Assembly (NCBI GenBank): GCA_016190665.1 | Contig: JACPQD010000022.1 | Location: 20,296 to 84,295, forward strand | Length of the DNA stretch: 64,000 bases | From: Chloroflexota bacterium | Lineage (GTDB): Bacteria; Chloroflexota; Dehalococcoidia; JACPQD01 | Direction of reading: 5' to 3' | Shown: in pieces, positions 46,648-54,880 of the stretch | How the letters are laid out: the number at the start of each line of letters is the position of its first letter | Position numbering within the stretch: position 1 is the stretch's first letter | Made by a program: the position numbers and the translations under genes | Notes under the pieces: generated by a model | The model's input: the letters and a program-made list of their open reading frames with translations, nothing else | Told to the model about the DNA's origin: nothing | The model's database searches: none

Positions 46648-48018
46648 TTATCGGCCGCTGCGCCCACTCCCTCCTCCTCCGCCGCCTCCACGCCCGCGAT
46701 CTTCATCGTCGCCTCCACGCCCGCGTCCTCTATCGTCTTCCCCCGCTCCAGGTGTCGCAGGTGGAGGGGGGGCGTCAGGCGTCGGGGGAGCAGCAGGACC
46801 TACCGTCGCAGGGGGAGCCGGTGGGCTGGCCGGAGGCGTTGGAGTGCCGTCGCGTCCACGCCCACGCCCTCGGTCGTCATCCCCTGGCTCAGGCGTCCGG
46901 GTACCGTCGGGCCCACCCGGGCCGCGGTTGCGTCCACTGTCGTCCCCTGGTTCAGGCGTCCGGCTAGCATCCGGGCCCCCGGGGCCACGATTGCGCCCAC
47001 TGTCGTCCCCTGGCTCAGGCGTCCGGGTGGCATCGGAGCCGCCGGGGCCACGGTTGCGCCCACTGTCGTCCCCTGGTTCAGGCGTCCGGGTGGCATCGGG
47101 GCCGCCGGGGCCACGGTTGCGCCCACTGTCGTCCCCTGGCTCAGGCGTCCGGGTACCATCGGGCCCACCCGGGCCACGGCCGCGCCGTCGGTCATCGTCC
47201 CCCGGTCCGGGAGTCGCTTGCGCGTCGTCGCCGCCACGGCCACGACCTCTGCCTCTGTCGTCCTCCCCCGTCCTGGGTGTTGCCTGTGCGTCGTCGCCGC
47301 CACGGCCACGACCTCGCCCTCTGTCATCGTCTCCCGCTTCGGGGGTCCGGGTAGCGTCAGGGCCGCCGGGGCCGCGATTGCGTCCTCTATCGTCTTCGCC
47401 CGCCCTGGGCGTTGCCGAAGCGTCATCGCCGCCACGCCCACGACCTCGGCCTCTATCGTCTTCCCCGGCTCGCGGCGTTGCGGTGACCGGTGCGGAGGCG
47501 GTCCCAGTTGGGCCGCCTCTCTCGCCTTCGGAGTCCGCCCTGCCGCCGGCCGCCGTCAAGCCCGTCTTCGCTTTCTCAAGAGCTTTGGCCAGGGCAGCCT
47601 TTGCCGACTCAGGCGCCCGCTCGGCGGCCGCCGAGAGCGCTTGTTGCTGGCGGGCCAGGTTTTCCGCCAGCCGCGCCTTTATGCGGCCAACATCTTTACC
47701 TGAGGCTGCCGCCTGGCCGAGGTGTTGTTCGGCCTCAGCTATGTCCGCGACGAAAGCCGCGGCCGCGGCATTGGCCGCATTGGCATTCTCGGCAAGGCTC
47801 GCCTTCCGGATCTCGTCGAGTCGCTTGCCAGCCAGATCAAGGTAGGTCTGCGCCTTATCCTCGTCGCTGAAGGCCAGCGCAAGCTGCAGCCCCTCCACGG
47901 CGACTTTCACCGGATAAAGGGCATCGCTGGGCAGGGCCTCCTGAGACGCGTATACGGCCCCGCCCCCAGCAGCCGTGGTCAGGGCAAGTACAAGAGCCAC
48001 GATTACTGCGAACATCAC
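46648..48018 (-). CDS. Membrane-anchored DUF5667-like protein with long Pro/Gly/Asp/Arg repeat tail
   Basis: 456 aa. One TM helix, then LPSDALYPVKVAVEGLQLALAFSDEDKAQTYLDLAGKRLDEI (DUF5667-like helical domain), then ~270 aa of tandem repeats. Confidence 0.8.
   Translation of the reverse strand: MMFAVIVALVLALTTAAGGGAVYASQEALPSDALYPVKVAVEGLQLALAFSDEDKAQTYLDLAGKRLDEIRKASLAENANAANAAAAAFVADIAEAEQHLGQAAASGKDVGRIKARLAENLARQQQALSAAAERAPESAKAALAKALEKAKTGLTAAGGRADSEGERGGPTGTASAPVTATPRAGEDDRGRGRGRGGDDASATPRAGEDDRGRNRGPGGPDATRTPEAGDDDRGRGRGRGGDDAQATPRTGEDDRGRGRGRGGDDAQATPGPGDDDRRRGRGPGGPDGTRTPEPGDDSGRNRGPGGPDATRTPEPGDDSGRNRGPGGSDATRTPEPGDDSGRNRGPGGPDASRTPEPGDDSGRNRGPGGPDGTRTPEPGDDDRGRGRGRDGTPTPPASPPAPPATVGPAAPPTPDAPPPPATPGAGEDDRGRGRGGDDEDRGRGGGGGGGSGRSGR
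46860..47200. repeat. About five in-frame copies of a 63-bp (21-codon) tandem repeat
   Basis: The unit encodes NRGPGG(P/S)DATRTPEPGDDSGR on the minus strand. Stretches of more than 140 nt are nearly identical to 48330..48470 in the neighbouring gene. Confidence 0.85.
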
Positions 48019-48081
48019 TATCCTCCTCCGGGCTGTCCCCAGCCCCCTCTTTGCCTACGGGCTTGGCAGCGTCTTGGCCGC

Positions 48082-49584
48082 TCACCGGTCCCTTCCGCGC
48101 CCTCCGTTGCTGTCTCCACGCCCTCCATCATCGCCGCCGCGCCCGCGCCCTCTATCGTCTCCACCCGACTGAGGCGGCGCCGAGGGGCCGGCCGTCGGAC
48201 CTGGCGGTCCAGCCGCTGGTGTTGGTGTGTCGTCGCGCCCGCGCCCTCGTCCCCTATCGTCTCCTGGTTCAGGGGGCGCCTGGGCGTCGGGGCCGCCGGG
48301 GCCACGGTTGCGCCCACTGTCGTCTCCTGGCTCAGGCGTCCGGGTACCATCGGGCCCACCCGGGCCGCGGTTGCGTCCACTGTCGTCCCCTGGTTCAGGT
48401 GTCCGGGTAGCATCCGGGCCGCCGGGGCCACGATTGCGCCCACTGTCGTCCCCTGGCTCAGGCGTCCGGATAGGATCGGGGCCGCCGGGGCCGCGACCGC
48501 GCCCACTGTCGTCCCCTGGCTCAGGCGTCCGGGTGGCATCGGGACCGCCGGGGCCGCGATTGCGCCCTCGGTCGTCTTCGCCAGGCTCACGCGTCGCCGT
48601 AGGGCCGCTGGGGCCGCGGTTGCGCCCCCTGTCGTCGTCCGGTGACGACGCTCCCACGGCCACGGGCGCCCCGCCCAGGCTGACGACCAGCGAGCTGTAA
48701 CCGGCATGGAGGGCATCAAAATTCCTGGCGCTTATGTGCCCGGAGCGCTGTAAGGCGTTCAGCTCGTTAAGGAAGGCATCCAGGTTGTCGAGGGCAACCT
48801 TGTCCTCTCCGCGCGCCAGGGCGGTAATGGCCGCGCTTAGCTTGGCGAGCAGTCCGTTGAAGCTCTGGCCGGGTACGTTGGCATCGGTGGCCAGCTTCTC
48901 CACATCGGACATCAGCCTGTTCAGGTCCCTCTCCATGTTCGAAGCCAGCGCGCTGGCGGCCCCCGGCTGCCCAGCGGGTAGGGTCGAGGGCGCACCGTCC
49001 CCGGTAACGCCGACCACCGTCAACCCCTTTTGCACTCGGGCAAGAGCTCTAACCACGGCGGCCTTTGCCGGCTCAGGCGCACGCTCCGCGGCCACCGATA
49101 GCGCTCGCTGCTGGCGGGCCAGGTTTTCGGCCAGCCGACCCGTGACGCGGCCAGTATCTTCACCCGAGGCCGCGGCGCGCCCCAGGTGTTGTTCTGCCTC
49201 AGCTAAGTCCGCAACAAGGCTCGCCGCTGCCGCCCCGATCACATCAGGGTCCCTCGCGGCGAGGCTCGCTCTCTGGATCTCCTCGAGCCGCTTGGCGGCG
49301 AGTTCAAGGTAGGTCTGCGCCTTATCCAGGTCGCTGAAGGCCAGCGCGAGCTGCAAGTCCTCGCCAGCGACTTTTATCGGATAAAGGGAGTCGCTGGGCA
49401 AGGTATCTTGAGACGCATAGACGACCACGCCGCCGGCTGCTGTGGTCAGGGCAGCGATGAGGGCGGCAATTAGTGTGAGGCGCGCCACCCTCCCCCGGGA
49501 ACCGGCCTCTTGAGATGCGTATCCGGCGATGCCCCACACCGCTGTGGCCAGGGCCGCCGCAAAAGCAACAACTAACGTGAGCAT
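48082..49584 (-). CDS. DUF5667-like protein with duplicated TM segment, FIMAH-like helical hairpin and 63-bp-repeat tail
   Basis: 500 aa. Two near-identical TM segments, DUF5667-like domain, LDNLDAFLNELNALQRSGHISARNFDAL segment, then about six 21-aa repeats. Confidence 0.8.
   Translation of the reverse strand: MLTLVVAFAAALATAVWGIAGYASQEAGSRGRVARLTLIAALIAALTTAAGGVVVYASQDTLPSDSLYPIKVAGEDLQLALAFSDLDKAQTYLELAAKRLEEIQRASLAARDPDVIGAAAASLVADLAEAEQHLGRAAASGEDTGRVTGRLAENLARQQRALSVAAERAPEPAKAAVVRALARVQKGLTVVGVTGDGAPSTLPAGQPGAASALASNMERDLNRLMSDVEKLATDANVPGQSFNGLLAKLSAAITALARGEDKVALDNLDAFLNELNALQRSGHISARNFDALHAGYSSLVVSLGGAPVAVGASSPDDDRGRNRGPSGPTATREPGEDDRGRNRGPGGPDATRTPEPGDDSGRGRGPGGPDPIRTPEPGDDSGRNRGPGGPDATRTPEPGDDSGRNRGPGGPDGTRTPEPGDDSGRNRGPGGPDAQAPPEPGDDRGRGRGRDDTPTPAAGPPGPTAGPSAPPQSGGDDRGRGRGGDDGGRGDSNGGRGRDR
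48270..48640. repeat. About six in-frame copies of the same 63-bp tandem repeat
   Basis: Same unit as 46860..47200. Confidence 0.85.
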
Positions 49585-49639
49585 TACTGTCCTCCTCGGC
49601 TCTCCCCACTATTCGTATACCCTAACTTTCCGCAAAGCG

Positions 49640-49716
49640 ACTAGTATGATGATAGCTTTAAGGACGTGAAGAAGTCATAAAACGCGGTGTGAAGAAGTTG
49701 CATACTTGTGACGTAT
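49640..49716 (-). promoter_or_regulatory. Conserved upstream module U1 (shared by three DUF5667-locus transcription units)
   Basis: Aligns with 52644..52726 and 54692..54774. Contains direct repeat GTGAAGAAGT twice and an ACGTCA/TGACGT-type inverted pair. Confidence 0.45.
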
Positions 49717-50191
49717 TGAGGAGAAGGAAAACCTGTAGGGGCAGGTGTCCCTGCCCGCCCAGACCGAGAGTGGCGCGCCCCGAGGTAGTGGGGGCCAGGG
49801 GTCAGGGGATGGGGTCAACGTAGTGCAGGGGCTCGTCCCCTGCTCAGCTAGTACCAGGTTGTTAGAATCGGCGTAACATATTTCGGGCCAAACGACCGTT
49901 TTTCTAACTTTCCTCTCCCTTGCTGGGAGAGGCTAGAGCCCGCCCTGAGCCTGCCGAAGGGTGAGGGTGGAAGGTGAAGCTCGCCCTCACCTTAGTCCTC
50001 TCCCGCTGAGGAGAGAGGAAACATGACGGTCTTCTGTGCAACTGAGTATTAGAGCACCCTCCGATGTCTCGGCGCCCCGAGGAGGGGCAAAAGAAAAGGC
50101 GCCATGGCTGGCGCCCCGCCGGCGGGGGCACAGTCAGGGTGCTGTCACGCGCAGCTCGCATGCGCGCGACAGCGCCCGTTCTGCCAAGTGG

Positions 50192-51694
50192 TTACCTTCC
50201 CCGCCCTGGCCCTCCGGAGGGGCGGTTCGGGTCGGCTTGTCTGCCACGTGGAGAGTCATCCCGGCCACGGTCACGGTCACGATCTTGGTCTCGACCACGC
50301 TCCCGGTCTTCCTGTCCGGGGGGCTCAGGTGGTGCTTGGCGGTCATCCTCCCGGTCGCGACCGCGCCCACGTTCGCGATCGCGCTCAGGTTCCGCCGTCG
50401 GCGCGGGCGTAACGGAGCCGGTAGCGGTCGGCGTTGGCGAAGTTGATCCATCTCCCCTCCTGGCCCTGGGCGTCCCGCCCAGCCTGGCGACCAGAGCACT
50501 GTAGCTAGCGTAGAGCGCCTCATAGTTCGCCGCGCTTATGTGGCCGGAGCGTTCGAAGGCATTGAGTTCATTGAGGAAGGCATCCAGATTGTTCAGGGCA
50601 ACCCTGCTCTGGCCGCGCTCCAACGCTGCCTTGGCGGCCTCCAATTTGGCCAGCAGTCCTCTATAGCTCTGTCCGGAGATCTTCGGATCGGAAGCCAGCT
50701 TCTCGACATCGGAGGCCAATCTGTCGACGCCTGCCTCCGGGCTCAGGGCGGTAGCCGTAGGCCTGGCCGTGCCCGTCGGCTGCGGCGTGGTCGGCGGCGT
50801 GCCGCCGGCGCCCGCCGTGGGCGTGGGAGTGCCCATTGCCGGCCCACCCGTTGGCGTGGCTGTTGTCTCGATGACCTCGGCAGGCCGAGCCCCAGGCGTC
50901 GCCGCGGAGCGGCCGCCGGGCAGCGTCAGGCCCTTTCCCGCCCGTTCGGCAGCCTTGGCCAGAGCGGCCCTGGCCGCCTCCGGAGCCCGCTCCGCAGTCG
51001 CCGCCAGCTTCTGTTGTTGCCGCGCCAGGTTTTCAGCGAGCCGCGCTGCCAGGCGGCTGACGTCTCTTCCCGAATTCGCTGCTTGTTCTAGATGTTGCTG
51101 GGCCCCGGCCACGTCTTGAACGAAGGCGTCTGCAGCGGTGTTGACGGCGCCGGCATTGGCCGTCTGGCTTGCCCGCTGGATCTCTTCGAGACGTTTGGCG
51201 GCCAGATCGACGTAGGTCTGCGCCTTGGCTTCGTCATTCGCGGCCAACGCGAGCTGCACGATCTCGACGGCGGTCTTCACCGAGTAGAGGGCATCGGTGG
51301 GCAGGGCATCTTGAGAAGCGTAGACCGCTCCACCTCCGGCCGCCGAAGTCAGCGCAATAACCAGGGCTGCGATTAGTGCAGGCATCCCCATCCTCCTCTT
51401 TGGAGACATCGTCTGTCCCCAGTCACCTATCTGCCTACATAAACGCTGCAATAGCGAAGGCGTTACACCGGCTTCAGCGGATATGGTCTCGATGAGAGCG
51501 ACTCTGGCCCGCAAGCGAAATGCTGGATCAGGCGCCACTGGCGCCACTGGGGGGATGGCCCGGGCGATCTCCAGAAGCTGATGCAGCTCGTCGGCCTGGG
51601 CCGGGTGCGCCGCCACGCATTCTTCCACGCTCATCTGCCCGGATTTGATGGCGGCGAGGCAACCGGCGAGCAGTTCAGGTGTGACCTTCTTCAT
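50192..51694 (-). CDS. Anti-sigma factor with extracytoplasmic DUF5667-like, FIMAH-like and RD/RG-rich tail domains
   Basis: 500 aa. ATGA start/stop overlap with the ECF sigma gene. N-terminal cytoplasmic helix domain, one TM, DUF5667-like domain, Pro/Thr linker, LNNLDAFLNELNAFERSGHISAANYEAL, then a charged tail. Confidence 0.8.
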   Translation of the reverse strand: MKKVTPELLAGCLAAIKSGQMSVEECVAAHPAQADELHQLLEIARAIPPVAPVAPDPAFRLRARVALIETISAEAGVTPSLLQRLCRQIGDWGQTMSPKRRMGMPALIAALVIALTSAAGGGAVYASQDALPTDALYSVKTAVEIVQLALAANDEAKAQTYVDLAAKRLEEIQRASQTANAGAVNTAADAFVQDVAGAQQHLEQAANSGRDVSRLAARLAENLARQQQKLAATAERAPEAARAALAKAAERAGKGLTLPGGRSAATPGARPAEVIETTATPTGGPAMGTPTPTAGAGGTPPTTPQPTGTARPTATALSPEAGVDRLASDVEKLASDPKISGQSYRGLLAKLEAAKAALERGQSRVALNNLDAFLNELNAFERSGHISAANYEALYASYSALVARLGGTPRARRGDGSTSPTPTATGSVTPAPTAEPERDRERGRGRDREDDRQAPPEPPGQEDRERGRDQDRDRDRGRDDSPRGRQADPNRPSGGPGRGR

Positions 51695-52275
51695 CGTGAA
51701 TCGACCTCTCGTGGCAACAGGCGCCTCAGCTCCGTGAGCGCCCGGTGTTGAATGACGCGGAGGTTGCCCTCGCTCTTCCCGAGGGCAGCCGCAATATCGG
51801 CATATTCCAGATCTTCGACAAAGCGCATGACGATCACCTGTTGTTGCTCGGGCTTCAAGCGTTTGACGGCCTGCCGGACCGACTCGCGATCGTAGCTTGC
51901 GAGGGCCTCGGCCTCGGGGTTGACTCCGGGCTCGGCGCTGGCGATGTCCCAGTCCAGATGAGTAGTCTCCTTGGTGCGTCGAAAGAAGCTGATCGCGGCG
52001 TTGTGCGCTATGGTGAGCAGCCAGGCGACGAAGGACGCCTTCGTGTGCTGGTAGCGCGCGATAGCCCGCCAGGCCCTCAGAAAAACCTCCTGCGTCAAAT
52101 CCTCGGCGTCGGGTCGCGTGCCGACCAGGTAATATACGTAACGATACACCCGCCCGAGATAGCGGTCATACAACGCGGCAAAGGCCTGGACTTCGCCGGC
52201 GATCGCCGCGTCGACCAGACCGCGTTCCGCATTTTGACTGTCAGCCTCGTCCTTCTGCACTTCGTCCAATTGCAC
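51691..52275 (-). CDS. ECF-type RNA polymerase sigma-70 family factor
   Basis: 194 aa. Region 2 (DAEDLTQEVFLRAW) and region 4 (YADIAAALGKSEGNLRVIQHRALTELR). Confidence 0.9.
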   Translation of the reverse strand: MQLDEVQKDEADSQNAERGLVDAAIAGEVQAFAALYDRYLGRVYRYVYYLVGTRPDAEDLTQEVFLRAWRAIARYQHTKASFVAWLLTIAHNAAISFFRRTKETTHLDWDIASAEPGVNPEAEALASYDRESVRQAVKRLKPEQQQVIVMRFVEDLEYADIAAALGKSEGNLRVIQHRALTELRRLLPREVDSR

Positions 52276-52288
52276 TCTCTTATCTCTC

Positions 52289-52314
52289 TAACGTCCGGAT
52301 ACCGAGAACGTTAC
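52289..52314 (-). promoter_or_regulatory. ECF-like promoter candidate GTAAC-N16-CGTTA
   Basis: Minus strand GTAAC (52310..52314), 16-nt spacer, CGTTA (52289..52293). It is only ~14 nt from the GTG start, so it would give a nearly leaderless mRNA, which weakens the call. Confidence 0.3.
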
Positions 52315-52643
52315 AGCTTTTCGGTATCATACCACAACGCCTCCCACCCAAAGCACAATGACCCAATAACCTAGAAACAAACACCAAACAGATCTCAAGA
52401 CTGAGTAAGTAAGCCGCATTTGGCCATTGTATCTTGTAGCTTACCAGAAAGGGATTTCGCGGTTCAGAGCCTGTTGCGCTCGAACCGCTGTCCCCCAGAC
52501 CACTTCGCCCTGGTCTCTCCGCCCCAGTTTGCGCCGGCGAAGAATCTGAAGGGCGTTATCGGCCCTCCGTTGGCCTCTCCTCGCCTCGATTTCCTCGGGG
52601 TGGCCGAGAGCCTCTTGATGCTTGCCAGCGTCCGAGAGAAAGT

Positions 52644-52726
52644 GTCCTCGACATTTTCGATGATACCGGCAGTGGCGTGAAGATGTCATAGAACGCACTC
52701 GCAGGAAGTTACTGACTTATGACGTC
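52644..52726 (-). promoter_or_regulatory. Conserved upstream module U3, ~370 nt upstream of the sigma gene
   Basis: About 70% identical over 83 nt to 54692..54774. Confidence 0.45.
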
Positions 52727-52950
52727 TCAGAAGAGATGTGCAAGGGCTGGCATGTGCGGAGCAGCACGGATGGATCGAAGGGCGCGTCAAGGTGAACATC
52801 GAGATGGACATATCTTGAGGAATCGTTGCGGAGGGTCTGAACGGCCGGGTCGTCTTCCATGGACTGGCCATGCTAACCGACCTGGACGGCATCGGGGCGC
52901 TTGCCTGGGCTGCGCCGGTTGCCCTCGTGGATGATAGCGATGGGGCCTAT

Positions 52951-54528
52951 CTAATCCCGCCCACGGTTGTCTGGTCGTGGGGTGGGGGTTGGTGTGGGTC
53001 GAACGCCGCCGTCGCCGTCCGGGCGTGGGGTCGGCGTGGGTGTGGCCTGCGCGCCGCTGTCGCGGTCACCGCCGTCCGGGCGCGGGGTCGGCGTCGGTGT
53101 GGCTTGCGCGCCGTCGTCGCGGTCACCGCCGTCCGGGCGCGGGGTCGGCGTTGGCGTGCCTTGCGCGCCGTCGTCGCCGTCACCGCCGTCCGGGCGCGGA
53201 GTCGGCGTCGGTGTGGCTTGCGCGCCGTCGTCGCGGTCACCATCTCCACCGTCGCCGTCTCCCTCTCCGGGAGGCTCAGGCGTGGGCGTCGGCTCGGGTG
53301 TTGCCGTGGGCTCTCGCGTTGGGGTGGGATCCCGCGTTGGGGTGGGCTCAAGCGTTGGCGTGGGCTCCCGCGTTGGCGTGGGATCCCGCGTTGGGGTGGA
53401 CTCGGGCGTCGCCGTGGCGCTATCATCGCCGGCTGGCGCAGGCCCGCTATGGTTTGTCGCTCCTGGCGTTGGAGTAGTCGTGGCAACATCGGGGACTCGC
53501 CCGGGCCCGCTGGTCGCCGCCGGCGTTGGGGTAGCCGAGGGAATAGCTGTCGGGGCAGGACCGATAGCCGTTGGAGTCGCGACAACCGCTGCCGCCGGCC
53601 CTTTCCTGGCCCCAGGTGTTTCACCCAGGCTAGCGACGAGAGCACTGTAGCTCGTGAATACGGCATCGTAGTTCCGGGCGCTTATGTGGCCTGAGACCTG
53701 CAAGGCGTTCAACTCATTGAGGAAGGCATCCAGGTTGTCGAGGGCCGCCCTGTCCTGGCCACGCGCCAGAGCTGTGATCGCGGCGTCGAGCTTGGGCAGC
53801 AGGCCGTTGAAGCTCTGGCCCGGTATTCTGGGATCAGCCGCCAGTTTCTCTACATCCGAAATGAGCCTATTGAGGTTGTCCTCCGAGGTCGAGGCAATCG
53901 CGGGCAAAACTGAGGCGTCTTCCGCGGCTTCGGCCAGCAGCGGCACCGCGCCGCCGCTGGCCGCCACCAGACCCCTCTCGGCTTTCGCAATAGCTCTGGT
54001 CACAGCAGATCTCGCCGGCTCCGGCGCCCGAGCCGTGGCCGCGGATAGCGCTCGCACCTGGCGGGCCAAGTTTTCGGCCAGTTGCGCTGCAATGCGGGTA
54101 ACGTCTTTCCCCGAGACCGCCGCAAGGCCAAGGTGCTGTTGGGCCCCAGCCAGGTCGTCAACAAAACTCATCGCCGCGGCGTTGGCAGCGTTCTCGTTAC
54201 CGGAGCGGCTCGCTCTCTGAATCTCGGCGAGGCGATTGGCGGCGAGCTCAAGTTAGGTCTGCGCCTTAGCCTCGTCGCTGAGGGCCAGCGCAAGCTGCAA
54301 TTCCTCAACCGCGGTTTTTACCTGGTAGAGGGCCTCGCTAGGCAGGGTGTCTTGAGACGCGTAGACGGCCACGCCCCCGGTCGCCGTGGTCAGTGCGGCT
54401 ACGAGGGCAGCAATCAGTGTGAGCCCCGCTGCCTTGCCCCGGGAAGCGGCCTCTTGAGACGCATACCCGGCGACACCCCAGGTCGCCGTAGCCAGGGCAA
54501 GCACGAGTGCAACGATTAATGCGGGCAT
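52951..54528 (-). pseudogene. Fourth DUF5667-like paralogue interrupted by an in-frame TAA (54253..54255)
   Basis: ORFs 54253..54528 and 52951..54171 share a frame. TAA replaces the Tyr of the conserved AKAQTY(L/V)(E/D)LA motif. Otherwise a complete domain set plus a Thr/Pro and 57-bp-repeat tail. Confidence 0.7.
53010..53240. repeat. About four in-frame copies of a 57-bp (19-codon) tandem repeat
   Basis: The unit encodes ATPTPTPRPDGGDRDDGAQ on the minus strand. Followed by hexapeptide (E/D)PTPTR repeats up to ~53400. Confidence 0.8.
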
Positions 54529-54691
54529 CCGTATCCTCTTGGGCTGTCCTCAGCCCACCGTCAGTCCAGGTAAACGTCGGAATGGTTAGCGTGCTGCCTG
54601 TTCCCGCAACAGGGATCATCTCGACCCGCGCCGCCAGGTGGACAGGGAACTCCATAGGACCGCGGGAGGGGCCGCCTGACCATTCCGGGAA

Positions 54692-54774
54692 GTCCTCGAC
54701 ATTGCAGATGATAACCATTATGGCGTCAAGAAGTCATAAAGCGCAGTTTGACAAGATTACATACTTATCACGTC
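54692..54774 (-). promoter_or_regulatory. Conserved upstream module U2
   Basis: See U1 and U3. Lies 164 nt upstream of the ATG at 54528. Confidence 0.45.
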
Positions 54775-54806
54775 TCGGAGGGGGAGCGAGACCGACTCCT
54801 CTCAGC

Positions 54807-54835
54807 TTGACAGCCAGGGGGCTACGCCGTAATAT
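54807..54835 (+). promoter_or_regulatory. Sigma-70 promoter for the hydantoinase module
   Basis: TTGACA (54807..54812), 17-nt spacer, TAATAT (54830..54835), 45 nt upstream of the ATG at 54881. Confidence 0.5.
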
Positions 54836-54880
54836 GACGAACGCAGCATCGGCTGAGCGTCAGCATTCCAGGGGGGCGAG

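Noticed and set aside
46860-48640. Possible CRISPR array, suggested by regular direct repeats
   Set aside because: The units are contiguous (no spacers), 63 bp long, multiples of three, and lie inside coding frames. No cas genes are present.
46276-48645. Very long + strand ORFs (46276..47703, 46574..47845, 47722..48645) and additional minus-frame ORFs (46800..47441, 48018..48719) across the repeat region
   Set aside because: They are stop-free shadows of GC-rich in-frame tandem repeats. Their translations are monotonous Arg/Pro/Ser/Gly strings with no start context. The minus-strand frames with TM plus DUF5667-like domains explain the DNA.
52441-52698. 85-aa basic Cys/His-containing ORF between upstream module U3 and the sigma gene
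   Set aside because: Its ATG lies in the conserved TATGAC(A/T)TCTT block. At the two other copies of the module, that same ATG opens ORFs of only 3 and 6 codons. The conservation is therefore at nucleotide level, not protein level.
52870-53694. + strand ORFs of 274, 227 and 166 aa opposite the fourth DUF5667 paralogue
   Set aside because: Same reason: repeat-driven open frames antisense to a gene with clear domain homology.
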